Origin: Ylistrum balloti
Taxonomy: Eukaryota
DNA: 64,000 bases
NCBI RefSeq assembly: GCF_031769215.1
Contig: NW_026781906.1
Location: 310,001-374,000 of the forward strand
Direction: 5' to 3'
The notes under the pieces are model-generated. The model searched no databases. It was not told the DNA's origin and was given only the letters and a program-made list of their open reading frames with translations. Shown here in pieces: positions 1 through 14,900 of this stretch. The position numbers were made by a program, and so were the translations under genes. How positions within the stretch are numbered: the stretch's first letter is position 1; the number at the start of each line of letters is the position of its first letter.

Positions 1-3000
1 CAAGCTTTGATGTCTGTTACCTCGGAGACCAGAAAACCAACAGATGACAGGGGCACATCAGAGCAGAGTCCGTTAGTGATCCAGCTTTGATGTCTGTTAA
101 TTCGGAGACCAGAAAACCAACAGATGACAGGGGCACATCAGAGCAGAGTCCGTTAGTGATCAAGCTTTGATGTCCGTTAATTCGGAGACCAGAAAACCAA
201 CAGATGACAGGGTCACATCAGAGCAGAGTCCGTTAGTGATCAAGCTTTGATGTCTGTTAATTCGGAGACCAGGAAACCAACAGATGACAGGGTCACATCA
301 GAGACAGCAGAGAAGAGTCCGTTAGTGATCAAGCTTTGATGTCCGTTAATTCGGAGACCAGAAAACCAACAGATGACAGGGTCACATCAGAGCAGAGTCC
401 GTTAGTGATCAAGCTTTGATGTCCGTTAATTCGGAGACAAGAAAACCAACAGATGACAGGGTCACATCAGAGCAGATCCGTTAGTGATCAAGCTTTGATG
501 TCTGTTACCTCGGAGACAAGAAAACCAACAGATGACAGGGTCACATCAGAGCAGAGTCCGTTAGTGATCAAGCTTTGATGTCTGTTACCTCGGAGACAAG
601 AAAACCAACAGATGACAGGGTCACATCAGAGCAGAGTCCGTTAGTGTTCAAACTTTGATGTCCGTTAATTCAGAGACCAGAAAACCAACAGATGACAGGG
701 TCACATCAGAGCAGAGTCCGTTAGTGATCAAGCTTTGATGTCCGTTAATTCGGAGACCAGAAAACCAACAGATGACAGGGGCACATCAGAGCAGAGTCCG
801 TTAGTGATCAAGCTTTGATGTCCGTTAATTCGGAGACCAGAAAACCAACGGATGACAGGGTCACATCAGAGCAATGCCCGTTAGTGTTCAAGCTTTGATG
901 TCCGTTAATTCGGAGACCAGAAAACCAACAGATGACAGGGTCACATCAGAGCAGAGTCCGTTAGTGATCAAGCTTTGATGTCCGTTAATTCGGAGACCAG
1001 AAAACCAACAGATGACAGGGTCACATCAGAGCAGAGTCCGTTAGTGATCAAGCTTTGATGTCTGTTACCTCGGAGACAAGAAAACCAACAGATGACAGGG
1101 TCACATCAGAGCAGGGACCGTTAGTGTTCAAGCTTTGATGTCCGTTAATTCGGAGATCAGAAAACCAACAGATGACAGGGTCACATCAGAGCAGGGACCG
1201 TTAGTGTTCAAGCTTTGATGTCCGTTAATTCGGAGACCAGAAAACCAACAGATGACAGGGTCACATCAGAGCAATGTCCGAGTGCAGCTTTGATGTCCGT
1301 TCGGAGACCAGAAAACCAACAGATGACAGGGGCACAAAAGAGCAATGCCCGTTAGTGTTCAAGCTTTGATGTCCGTTAATTCGGAGACCAGAAAACCAAC
1401 ATATGACAGGGTCACATCAGAGCAATGCCCGTTAGTGTTCAAGCTTTAATGTCCGTTAATTCGGAGACCAGAAAACCAACAGATGACAGGGTCACATCAG
1501 AGCAGAGTCCGTTAGTGATCAAGCTTTGATGTCCGTTAATTCGGAGACCAGAAAACCAACAGATGACAGGGTCACATCAGAGCAGAGTCCGTTAGTGATC
1601 AAGCTTTGATGTCCGTTAATTCGGAGACCAGAAAACCAACAGATGACAGGGTCACATCAGAGCAATGCCCGTTAGTGTTCAAGCTTTGATGTCCGTTAAT
1701 TCGGAGACCAGAAAACCAACAGATGACAGGGTCACATCAGAGCAGAGTCCGTTAGTGATCAAGCTTTGATGTCCGTTAATTCGGAGACCAGAAAACCAAC
1801 AGATGACAGGGGCACATCAGAGCAGGGACCGTTAGTGATCAAGTTTTGATGTCCGTTAATTCGGAGACCAGAAAACCAACAGATGACAGGGGCACATCAG
1901 AGAAGAGTCCGTTAGTGATCAAGCTTTGATGTCCGTTAATTCGGAGACCAAAACACCAACAGATGACAGGGGCACATCAGAGCAGAGTCCGTTAGTGATC
2001 AAGCTTTAATGTCCGTTAATTCGGAGACCAGAAAACCAACAGATGACAGGGTCACATCAGAGCAGGGACCGTTAGTGTCCAAGCTTTGATGTCTGTTACC
2101 TCGGAGACAAGAAAACCAACAGATGACAGGGGCACATCAGAGCAGAGTCCGTTAGTGATCAAGCTTTGATGTCTGTTACTTCGGAGACCAAAAAACCAAC
2201 AGATGACAGGGTCACATCAGAGCAGAGTCCGTTAGTGATCAAGCTTTGATGTCCGTTAATTCAGAGACCAGAAAACCAACAGATGACAGGGTCACATCAG
2301 AGCAGAGTCCGTTAGTGATCAAGCTTTGATGTCCGTTAATTCGGAGACCAAAAAACCAACAGATGACAGGGTCACATCAGAGCAGAGTCCGTTAGTGATC
2401 AAGCTTTGATGTCTGTTACTTCGGAGACCAGAAAACCAACAGATGACAGGGTCACATCAGAGCAGAGTCCGTTAGTGATCAAGCTTTGATGTCCGTTAAT
2501 TCGGAGACCAGAAAACCAACAGATGACAGGGTCACATCAGAGCAGAGTCCGTTAGTGATCAAGCTTTGATGTCCGTTAATTCAGAGACCAGAAAACCAAC
2601 AGATGACAGGGTCACATCAGAGCAGAGTCCGTTAGTGATCAAGCTTTGATGTCCGTTAATTCGGAGACCAGAAAACCAACAGATGACAGGGTCACATCAG
2701 AGCAGAGTCCGTTAGTGATCAAGCTTTGATGTCTGTTACTTCGGAGACCAAAAAACCAACAGATGACAGGGTCACATCAGAGCAGAGTCCGTTAGTGATC
2801 AAGCTTTGATGTCTGTTACCTCGGAGACAAGAAAACCAACAGATGACAGGGGCACATCAGAGCAGAGTCCGTTATTGTTCAAGCTTTGATGTCCGTTAAT
2901 TCAGAGACCAGAAAACCAACAGATGACAGGGTCACATCAGAGCAGAGTCCGTTAGTGATCAAGCTTTGATGTCCGTTAATTCAGAGACCAGAAAACCAAC

Positions 3001-3795
3001 AGATGACAGGGTCACATCAGAGCAGAGTCCGTTAGTGATCAAGCTTTGATGTCTGTTACCTCGGAGACAAGAAAACCAACAGATGACAGGGTCACATCAG
3101 AGCAGAGTCCGTTAGTGTTCAAACTTTGATGTCCGTTAATTCAGAGACCAGAAAACCAACAGATGACAGGGTCACATCAGAGCAGAGTCCGTTAGTGATC
3201 AAGCTTTGATGTCCGTTAATTCGGAGACAAGAAAACCAACAGATGACAGGGTCACATCAGAGCAGTGACCGTTAGTGTCCAAGCTTTGATGTCTGTTACC
3301 TCGGAGACCAGAAAACCAACAGATGACAGGGTCACATCAGAGCAGAGTCCGTTAGTGTTCAAGCTTTGATGTCCGTTAATTCGGAGACAAGAAAACCAAC
3401 AGATGACAGGGTCACATCAGAGCAGTGACCGTTAGTGTCCAAGCATTGATGTCTGTTACCTCGGAGACAAGAAAACCAACAGATGACAGGGTCACATCAG
3501 AGCAGTGACCGTTAGTGTCCAAGCATTGATGTCTGTTACCTCGGAGACAAGAAAACCAACAGATGACAGGGTCACATCAGAGCAGTGACCGTTAGTGTCC
3601 AAGCATTGATGTCTGTTACCTCGGAGACCAGAAAACCAACAGATGACAGGGTCACATCAGAGCAGTGACCGTTAGTGTCCAAGCATTGATGTCTGTTACC
3701 TCGGAGACCAGAAAACCAACAGATGACAGGGTCACATCAGAGCAGTGACCGTTAGTGTCCAAGCTTTGATGTCGGTTACTTCGGAGACAAGAAAA
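1..3795. repeat. 80-bp tandem satellite (~47 copies, runs off the window start)
   Basis: unit caagctttgatgtccgttaattcggagaccagaaaaccaacagatgacagggtcacatcagagcagagtccgttagtgat; starts at 1, 81, 161, 241... Confidence 0.98.
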
Positions 3796-4000
3796 CCAAT
3801 CAACAGTTCCAGGATTAACACCGCAGGATTTGAGATTAGACAGTAGTTCAGAAAATGGAACTTTATCGAAGGTTTTGTAAAATATAATCGAGCAGCTTGT
3901 ATTGTATAACATTAGACTATCATCGCGCCAATTAAGTTATATGGGCCGATAGTGTATCAGACGTATAGTTTGGCGCCAAATTTGTTCCGAAGCATCTGCT
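3796..4000 (-). mobile_element. decayed non-LTR retrotransposon (LINE, CR1/L2-like) reverse-transcriptase fragment
   Basis: HYRPI*L ... FYKTFDKVPFSELLSNLKSCGVNPGTVDWF(S)..NRHQ resembles the RT motifs NYRPISL and KAFDKVPH.LL.KL..G...W..FL.NR.Q. May extend to ~4600. Confidence 0.68.
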
Positions 4001-5576
4001 GGTAAAGTGGGAAATAAAGCAATTCCGTAGGAATACCAGGAATCGGTTCTAATTGAGTCCGAAGCATCCTTGGGGAAAGTTGAATCAATATATAAAAAGT
4101 GGGTCGTGACCCGCTATAGCTTGATTGACGAGTCCAATAGGGAAATAGAGAAATTTGTTTAAAATCTCTCTTATTCTGTAGGAATGCCAGGATTCTGCCC
4201 CACTTTGGTCAGAAGCATCTTTGTGGTAAAGAGGAATATATTTTGTCTAAATGATAAGTCTCGGCCGTTAGGGATGGGACTCAGCAAATGAAATAGTCCC
4301 ATTTTTTTAAAAATTTCCTTTCTCTGCTTGGGGATTATATCCAAAATGATCTGAGTTATCCTGGGGTGGACCTTCCTATTACTAGTTTAGCTATGCCGAT
4401 TGTGAACATTAGTTTAGCTTGGAGCCATATCTGTAAAACGTTCATCTCCGTGTCGATTGTGTTATTTGGCGGGAATTATATAGCATTTGATATTCCATAT
4501 GTACATGGCATTGCGTCATGCTCAATCAACATGGTGCCGACGTTTGGCCGAATCACTGCTGTTTTCTTGCCAGTTTTCTTAATCACTCTTGCATAACATA
4601 ACCTCGACATTTAAATTTCATTATAAATAAATAACAAACACACTTCTAATTGAAATATATTTAATTTTGAGGATTTTTTTACAAACAAAAAAAAGAAATA
4701 ATAATAAAAAAAAAACACTGATTAGTTATCAAATTCATAACTTTTTATTACATAGGCACGTGTGTATATCGAATAAAGTCGTGGACAAATTAAAAAAAAA
4801 CAAATAAGTAAATTCTTAAAAGTCAATATAATAAACAAATACCTCTTAAACCTCCTACTGTGTGGGACAGGAAACTATCAAAAGGACACTTATATAAAAT
4901 TAATAACATCTGCAACAAGACGCTGATAAATGTATCCTCATAAAAATGCTGCATAGATATAAGCGTCCTAATTATAATTATAATACATATTGATAAGTTG
5001 CGCAGTCTTCGTCGGGATTTATTGGATCTGATTCGTGTTCATTTTCTTTCTGTTTAATTCCCCAAAGAAAAAAATATGTAAAAAGTTTGAACAACATTTT
5101 CTGCTTCTCTAAGCAACCGAGTGGGATTTGTTTGTGAACAGCGGTGGCTGTTTAATCTGAGTAAATATATCCATAGTTTAACGTGAATGGATCCTATCTA
5201 AACAAATACCATTTCAACATCATTAATGTTAGTAATATGGTTGATAACTATCTTACAATCGATATTTTTTTCTTTTACTCCTGACAGGTGTGTACACGTG
5301 TACACGCCTTAAGTGAGATGTAAAATTTCTTACAGTATATACCCGTGGGAAGACGGGATTCTCCAGTCAGAGCAATGGTATGACGTCACAGCAATAATTC
5401 CAAGACGTCACATTGGTCATTCAATATTGTAGCGTCAACAATAATGCCAAGCATTGAGACAAGCAATGAAACAAGAAGATATATATTGACAGCCAAAAAC
5501 AGCCCAAACAGTGTGACAGATTCTACCAATTAACGTATAATGTGATTTATAAACAAGTGTTGACTGATACTATCGA

Positions 5577-5945
5577 TCAGTATGATGGTCGTGCGTATTG
5601 TGAGCTATATATAGACCCGTTATGTGACGATCCTCCTTTATACAGTCTAACTTCCGGTAACTCCTGGGATTGTTGCCATGACGGCGGAGGTGCATATCGG
5701 TCACCATCGTTGTCACGAGAATTGGCAACATAATACACGGGTCTGTCTTTAAACCGCCTATTGTCATTTTCATACCTCTTTGGTGGGTCGTTTTGTCGTT
5801 TTCTGTTATTATCCTTTAACTCATTTCGGTAAATGCAATACCCAACTAATTCTACAATCAGTTGGATTATCTCAAATATGCTTAGAATGGATAAACCAAT
5901 CCACAGTCCAATTGCTCCACCAACGTCCGAGGCAAATTGTGAATT
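5577..5945 (-). CDS. gene A exon 12 (TM2 and cytoplasmic tail)
   Basis: NSQFASDVGGAIGLWIGLSILSIFEIIQL...YARPSY*. Confidence 0.94.
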   Translation of the reverse strand, partial: NSQFASDVGGAIGLWIGLSILSIFEIIQLIVELVGYCIYRNELKDNNRKRQNDPPKRYENDNRRFKDRPVYYVANSRDNDGDRYAPPPSWQQSQELPEVRLYKGGSSHNGSIYSSQYARPSY

Positions 5946-8900
5946 CTGCAAAGCAAAGACATGTCATTATTTATAGAAAACAAGCCCGATTAATTCCTTT
6001 GTGTTCTAGTATTTTCTGTACAGAAGAACACGATAACATGGGTCATCAAGCATTGCGGGACAAGTGTGGTTAAAATTTGTCAGTTAGTAGATAATGAAAG
6101 ATGATGAGGGTATAACCAATATTTACAAACAACATTTGTCTTTTCCGATTGCACAGTACATATCGAAATATTCATTTGTTACCAGTAGGATTGAAGACGC
6201 TTACTCTTCCGGAACACCTGGTCTTTTCATCCTTGTACTTTTGCGGAAGTCTTCGTGTTAAGTCTTTTATTCATATTTTGCCGTAGTATTATTTAATTTG
6301 AGTTTGGATTATGATTATCTTATCATGTTGGTATTTTCTATTTTTTTCTCTTTCAAATTTGAACATTGGCCATGACGAAAGAAAGTGATTGTATTTCTGA
6401 CAACACCTAGCGATGGTGAAATTGGAAGTCACTATAAAAAATACCAACACAAAATAAACACCTTCCTGCAGTTATGAGTGAAAACTGACAGCCAGTGAAC
6501 CCTTGCAATTTATTTTTGCGAAAAGGCAGTACATTTTTTGGCAAGATCACAAACATTGGTGATGAATGCTTTATTTCCCCATGCGATATCAAGTTAGATG
6601 TAATCGGGACTTGTTAGGTAACTTGGTACTTTCCTTGTGTGATGTGAAGATGAATATATTTAAGGCTCGTATGTAAACTTGGTATCTTTGTTGCTTTACC
6701 TCGGTTCTCATAATGAGAACGCTTCATTGCATGGACTAACATATAAACAGGGGATGCAAACTTAAAAGTTGCGATAAAAACAGAATTTACGAAATCCAAA
6801 TAGTAAGGAAAGTGATTTTAAACGCTGAAACGTTGTAAAAATGTTATATATTTGGACATATTGATAAAGAATTGTAATGTTACAAAGGAATTAAGGGTAT
6901 AATGGACGATGCAAACTGAATATGTCTGAATTTAAAACAACACAGTAATTGGATGTTACCTCAATGTCTGGCTCCTCCTTCAGGTACTGGTAGTTTAGCT
7001 GTTTATAATATATTACAAGCTTTATAAAATTTCTCCTAAAAATAAATATAAAAAAGACAAGTAATTACTTACCATAAAGATAGATTACATGTCATATTTA
7101 ACAACTGTACCAAATGCTATATTACACCTGTCGTAACACACGCGGTATATCATCAAATTTAATGTTTATTCACTCAATAAGGGTTAAAATGATCACCTGT
7201 TTTTTTACTCGATGATCTTCAATATTTCTGTATAATATTCGTTTCATAAAAAAAAAAAAAAAAAAACGTTTATTTTCCCGTAAATCCCCTTATGATTATC
7301 TAATATGTTTTTAGTGACTTACCCCAGGCCTTCCACTGTGGAATTTCTCAAAATCTCACAGTCATCTGGAAGATCCTCGCATACCGACTCCCGGAGCAGA
7401 TACTGGAACAACAAGGATAATATAGAATATTTAAAACAGAAAATATATGACCAGTACAAATACCAATATGAATGCTGTCGCTATCCAGATACACAGAAGT
7501 TTATATATTAGTATCAAGGATCCAGCGATCTGTTTGCCACATCCATTCAATTTTGGAATTCTTTTTCAACTTTGTATATAATATGAGGACACCTCTCTAG
7601 GGGGGTACCAGGGTTTTTAAAAGGTAGCCAATATATCATATTTTAATTTGGGATTTCGGACACCATGATTATAAATGTGACCAGGAATTACAGAAATAAA
7701 GATAATGAGATGTTTTATAGCATATTTGAAACATCTTGATAATAATACATGTGCTTACCGCATACTTTTCGGTTGGCCATTGTCTTGATGCTATTTCCAA
7801 ATTAAAATCGGTTTCCCTAGATCAAACACAAACAGTAAAAGCAATGCAAATAATGACTGAAGAATTGGGAGAAAAACATACAAGTAAATATGACTATTTT
7901 TGAAAGAAATTAAAGATAATATACAGTTTATACTGATTTATACTGCTACAGCAACCCTGACACTCTCCAATTTATCCGAGGAATTACACGTGCGTACTTT
8001 ATTTGTATTCTAAGCTTTAAAAGTGTCAACGCAGAAAATTTCCAAATAATCTATCTTGGGTAGTTTTCAAACATAAGCAAAGCCAAAGACGTAAAGTGAA
8101 ATGTTATAGATATAATAAGACTATGTAAATCTAGTTTCTATTCTGAAAATTTACACGAAACTCTACAGATATCCATCGTGAAGTCAGAATATGTTAGACA
8201 CATAACACTCGACCTAAATCTTATATTTTTTTCAAAACACATATATGAAAAATGTTATTGATTTGCTAGTCCCGAATAGTCAATTAACAATGTCCAGTTG
8301 TGTGTATTTACTTACAGGGACTGTACACATGACCCGTTTAGCAACTATTTAAACAAACGCTCCAAAGTTTGGTAGAATAGCCAAGCTTTAGAGGGCGTAT
8401 TCAAACGCTTAAGTGATCTGTTTCTGTGGAGTGTTTGTGTCCATTATAGAAGTCTCTGTGGAGTTATTGTGTCTTTGATAGAAGTAAAATGAAAGGCTCG
8501 GAAAATTACCGATCGAACTAACTATATTGTCAGTGAGTTTGGAGAATCAAACATGTCCAGCTTGATATCATACAAATATATAGAAAATTTCGCGATGAGA
8601 TCATTATAACGATTATATCATTTCCCCATAATCTTCATCAACCTGCAACTCTTGCAACCCTTTGTCAGCTGCCGACATCTTGCAAGGAAATCCTTAGGTA
8701 CAAGGAAATTGGCCGCTACATCAGCCGCTTATCTCGATCTTTTCCTACATCGAAACCAGCATTGGCATATTCACATTAAGCTGTGTGATATGCCTGATGA
8801 TTTCGATTCTTTATTGTGAATTCTCCATCTCTGGATAGCAACATTCCTTCATCCCAAACCTAGAGTGTTTTTTTTCCATGTCGCAGTTTTGATTATCAAG

Positions 8901-11900
8901 AAACTGTTCCCATCATCAGGATTTTCGTGTATTAAGTCGTAAACTAACGGAGAAACTCCGACGAGAGTTTCAAAAGGTGCAAGCTGATGAAAATTATGGG
9001 AAAATTTCACTGTTGTCGTAATAGTGATTTCTTTGAAAAAAATGTTCCTTTCCTTTGTGCGATATGAAGCTGGACGTGTTTGATGCTCGTTAGTTTGCCT
9101 ATTGGTTCCGTTTATGTATACCCTTTTTACTGAATTTGAGTTTGGATCATGATTGTGTTGACGTGTTGGTATTTTCTTGTTGTTTTTATTGGTTTCAAAC
9201 ATGATTAACGTAAGAGAAAACGTACCAAGAGTGACAGCAGTGATTTCCACACACCAAGGTACATATATTACGTACATGTGTGTCTGCAGTTGTGACCTAA
9301 TGATGTGATCGTATAAAACGTGTAAACTAACTTCAGTGAACGGTGAACCTCTAGGCCAAGTGTATTCCGAATATTGTTCAATTCCAGACCACTTCATGCT
9401 TACAATAGTGAACAGTGACCTCTAGGCCAAGTTTATCCTGGATGTTGTCCAATTCCAGACCGCTTCATGCTTACAATAGTGAACAGTGACCTCTAGGCCA
9501 AGTGTATCTTGGATGTTGTCCAATTCCAGACCGCTTCATGCTTACAATAGTGAACAGTGACCTCTAGGCCAAGTGTATCCTGGATGTTGTCCAATTCTAG
9601 ACCGCTTCATGCTTACAATAGTGAAGAGTGACCTCTAGGCCAAGTGTATCCTGGATGTTGTCCAATTCCAGACCGCTTCATGCTTACAATTGTGAACAGT
9701 GACCTCTAGTCCAAGTGTATCCTGGATGTTGTCCAATTCCAGACCGCTTCATGCTTACAATAGTGAACAGTGACCTCTAGGCCAAGTGTATCCTGGATGT
9801 TGTCCAATTCCAGACCACTTCATGCTTACAATAGTGAACAGTGACCTCTAGGCCAAGTGTAACCTGGATGTTGTCCAATTCCAGACCACTTCATGCTTAC
9901 AATAGTGAACAGTGACCTCTAGGCCAAGTGTATCCTGGATGTTGTCCAATTCCAGACCGCTTCATGCTTACAATAGTGAAGAGTGACCTCTAGGCCAAGT
10001 GTATCCTGGATGTTGTCCAATTCCAGACCGCTTCATGCTTACAATAGTGAACAGTGACCTCTAGGCCAAGTGTATCCTGGATGTTGTCCAATTCTAGACC
10101 GCTTCATACTTACAATAGTGAATAGTGACCTCTAGGCCAAGTGTATCCTGGATGTTGTCCAATTCCAGACCGCTTCATGCTTACAATAGTGAAGAGTGAC
10201 CTCTAGGCCAAGTGTATCCTGGATGTTGTCCAATTCCAGACCACTTCATGCTTACAATAGTGAACAAAGTGCACACCAAATATGACTTGTATATGTTTAA
10301 CGTAATGACTACAATTGATAAATCTCCAAACATACAAACATAATTTTTAAAACCTACCAAAGTGAACACAAAACGGGACCAAGACGTTTATACTTACACA
10401 CAAGGATCTGTACAGGAACACGTGATCTTCTTGTTGAAAATGTCGTTTTGGACCTTGTAAACACACTTATAGTCTGTGGATAGAGGTAAAATGATATCAA
10501 CGGTAAAATATACAAATAAAAACACACTCAAATTATCTATAGGGACAGGTTAGTGAAGAGTGGTCTGTAAGTACAAGACTTTTTGTAAGAATGTTAGAAT
10601 TGGTGTCTTTAGGCTGAAGACACGTGGGACAACCGAAATAGTAAGGATATCTAGATACATATACTTGTTTGTTTTTTTTGTTTTTTTGTTTTTTTTTTTT
10701 TGTTTGTTTTTTTTTTTAATTTTTATTTTAACATTAGTTACAAAATTTAAAACACCGTAAAATATATAAAGTATATGTCAGTAAGGCCAGTAAGGTATTG
10801 CACACGTGTGCTGGACGGAACGACGTGAGTACAAATGTATGTATTGGAGTTATGGCATGTTTTGTTGTGTGGATGAATAAACAATAAAAGGAGAAAGAAG
10901 GTATAAATTTATTTGTTTACTTACTGCCATTTTAAATATCAGATTAAACTACGCTGTTTGCGCGCTATCGTAGCCTTACTTCGTTCAGGCGAAATCAACG
11001 TCAGCAAACTGATATCGTCAACCTTATTTACATACTTCGCTTAAGTCGAAATGTTTTCCACGGTCCCTTGAATTTCTAGGTAACGAATTTCGACTGTATT
11101 ATGTACGTGAGGAACTACTGGATTTTCCCTAGCTCCATGTTGAATTGAGGATACTTACCTGACCCGCTGGTACACATCCTCTTCGAACTTCCATAGAACA
11201 GGTCAATGTCATAGTCGTCATAGCAACCGCATCGCTTCACTATTTCAGTTGGTCTACATAGGTACATACACGCCTGAATGTTTCAGAAGACAATTTCAAT
11301 TTTACACGCTCAGAACAGTTTTAAGTAATATGAAATATTAAAGTATTTTACCATATATACATGCAAGGTATAACGCGTGTTTGATGCCTTTTTTAATCCA
11401 TCAATGAGAACCTTCAAGTTCATGTATATGTAGGTGAATTTAAGTAATGTCATGTTCTCAAAAAGTTGGCAATGTTAATAATTACGAACATCACAAGAAC
11501 ATAAACAAACCCATTAGAACTGGTACATTGTTCATGTGTGGCTTATACTAACCTGCCTGGTGTACGTTTTGTTGTAAAAATCTCTGAATTCTTGACTTGA
11601 TGCACAATTGCCGTGTGGTTTCGATATCCGATTTATCTGCGTCTGTTAGGTAAATCAATCAAAATGTAATCCCCATAACGAGTCCATTCAAACAATGGCA
11701 CAGTTCAGTCATGATCTCAAACATGTATCAAAACTTTGCAAAACAAAAAACATGAAAATGTTAGAATTTTAGACACATTTTAGACATGACAACTTTTCAC
11801 GGAAGAGATGTACCTACTTCCGATTCTTGTACACCAAATGCTTATTATTTTCTGCATTATTAAGAAAACTCAATAACAGGTCCTATGATAATCAGACTAT

Positions 11901-14900
11901 AATGTAGTATCTATCAGGATGGTGGTAGTTTCCTGTTCTGTCTGACGTTGTAGAATACACTGTTGTTTGTGTCTAGATTTTGAATTTGATGGTAAATTAA
12001 TACTCTGTCTAACGTTAATGAATACGCCGTGATTTGTGTCTAGATGTTTTAATTTTTCATTTCATCGTAGCTTTGCTTTCTGTCTGATGTTAATAGTGGC
12101 TTGAGTGAATGATTCTACCCGTATAAGGGAAAGGGTGATGCTTGTTTTGTGTTGTTCGGTCTGATGTTAATGATGACGATGGTGTTTGTAAAACAAGATG
12201 CGTTCTATATAACGTTAGTGGTGACGTTGGTATCTGTGTCTACATGTTATAGGGTGATGGTAGTTTCGTATTCTATATAACGTTAGTGGTGACGTTGGTG
12301 TTTGTGTCTACATGTTTTAGGGTGATGGTAGTTTTGTATTCTGTGTAATGTTAGTGGTGACGTTGGTATTTGTGTCTACATGTTTAAGGGGTGATGGTAG
12401 TTTCGTATTCTGTGTACTGTTAATGGTGACGTTGGTGTTTGTGTCTACATGTTTTAGGGTGATGGTAGTTTCGTATTCTGTCACTGTTAGTGGTGACGTT
12501 GGTGTTTGTGTCTACATGTTTAAGGGGTGATGGTAGTTTCGTATTCTGTGTACTGTTAATGGTGACGTTGGTGTTTGTGTCTACATGTTTTAGAGTGATG
12601 GTAGTTTGTATTCTGTGTACTGTTAATGGTGACGTTGGTGTTTGTGTCTACATGTTTTAGGGTGATGGTAGTTTCGTATTCTGTCACTGTTAGTGGTGAC
12701 GTTGGTGTTTGTGTCTACATGTTTAAGGGGTGATGGTAGTTTCGTATTCTGTGTAATGTTAGTGGTGACGTTGGTGTTTGTGTCTACATGTTTTAGGGTG
12801 ATGATAGTTTCGTATTCTGTGTACTGTTAGTGGTGACATGGGTATTTGTGTCTACATGTTTTAGGGTGATGGTAGTTTCGTATTCTGTCACTGTTAGTGG
12901 TGACGTTGGTGTTTGTGTCTACATGTTTTAGGGTGATGGTAGTTTCGTATTCTGTCACTGTTAGTGGTGACGTTGGTGTGTCTGCATGTTTCAAGATAAT
13001 GATAATTTCTTTTTCTGTGTAAAGTACTTGTGGTTACCTGTTTTAGGGCGACGGTAGTTTCATGCCCTGTCTGTACAAAGAAGCCAGATTGATACGGAAA
13101 CGGAAATGTGTCACGGGCATGGATATGCACTCTTGCTCCGTAGCCATCTGTGATTCCATCCAGGTATTCATAATTCTCCGTATACAGCATCAAGGTAAGC
13201 CCTGACACCATCAATAAAATGTTTACGATCAGTGATTTTCTCTCTGTAAATTTTCCTAACATATTAATAGTTACCGACATCAGGTAAAGTGTTTATTCAA
13301 GCGAAACGAAATTGACTGCCATATAAAGAAAGTCATTGTCTGGTATGTATTCTTGGTTTGAATAGCAAACATTCACTTAAAAAAAGCATATTTACTTTAA
13401 AAGGTTTGAAAGAAAACAAGACTGATCGTGTTCACAAAGGTGACATTTACAAAACTTCTTTCTTAACATGAGAATCTCCGTTATTTGTTTTATTAAATCA
13501 TCGTCAAGTGATTTTAAGTTCCGCTCAAAATCGTTCGCCATTTTTCAAACACAGGTAATAATTTCAGAAATTCCTGCAAGAACGCGCAGATGGCTCTCCT
13601 GATTCTTGATAAGCACATATCCTAAAGTTACATTATATGTAAACAATCCTTTTGTTTTGTTTAGGTTTTCATTGAGACGAATATAATCATATGAATGGAA
13701 TAATGAGGTTTCTGGCATCCACATGCAGTAAAACATACACATTAAGAGACTGTATTTAATGTGATATTTTACATTGGATTAGCTACACTAGAGATGGTAA
13801 CTAGAGTTTTCTCGAAGTCATGGGACATACATTTACAACATACATACCTCTTTCAGGGCCAGACTCTTTTACAATCATTTTCTTTTGGTCTAATGTATAA
13901 CAGTTGCCATATTGCTGAGATTGGAACAAGGTGAAATTGCTAAAAGTAAAATATAAAAGAACAATTTTATCGAGCACAGTGTATTTGATTTCTCATAGAA
14001 ATCAACAATGAATCATGATTTAGTTACAAAAGCTTCTGTAATATTGATTTTTTTAAAAATCAGACTCAGACATGACAAAAATAGATAGAATATTACCAAT
14101 TTTGTTTGGTATAAGAACTCGAAATAGTAGGACGTTACAACTCTCGCTTAGTACTAGACCTCGAAATAGTAGGACGTTACAAATCTCGCTTAGTATCAGA
14201 CCTCGAAATAATAGGACGTTACAAATCTCGCTTAGTATCAGACCTCGAAATGATAGGACGTTACAAATCTCCCTTAGTACTAGATAATAGGATGTTACAA
14301 ATCTGGCTTAGTACTAGACCTCGAAATAATAGGATGTTACAAATCTGGCTTAGTACTAGACCTCGAAATAATAGGACGTTACAAATCTCGCTTAGTATCA
14401 GACCTCGAAATAATAGGACGTTACAAATCTCGCTTAGTAACAGACCTCGAAATAATAGGACGTTACAAATCTCGCTTAGTACTAGACCTCGAAATAATAG
14501 GACGTTACAAATCTCCCTTAGTATCAGACCTCGAAATAATAGGACGTTACAAATCTCGCTTAGTATTAGACCTCGAAATAATAGAATGTTACCAATTTCG
14601 AAAAGAATAGAAAATTTACCAACCTTATAAAGCTCTATATCCCGTATATATATGTATTATAACAGAACTTTGAACCTGACAAGACCCGCAAAGAAGCAAT
14701 CTTACGGAACACTATCCACAGAACTACCCAGCAGTTTCTACACTTGACCATATAACACACTTAGAAGCCACAGGTTACTAACACAAGGCTATGTTTGTCC
14801 ATGATACTTACTCTGCCGAGCACGAGAAACGACTAAAGATACAGCGCATGAGCATCCTATAGATATTATGGCCAATCTCTTCCCGGACACCCCTGTTCAA

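Noticed and set aside
1-3795. CRISPR-like appearance of the regular repeat arrays
   Set aside because: Units are contiguous with no unique spacers, there are no cas genes, and the context is eukaryotic and intron-containing.
8849-9397. 182-aa ORF with a WP motif, considered as a channel exon
   Set aside because: It begins in the 71-bp satellite and runs antisense through a retroelement relic; the true RQWP exon is at 7759-7816.
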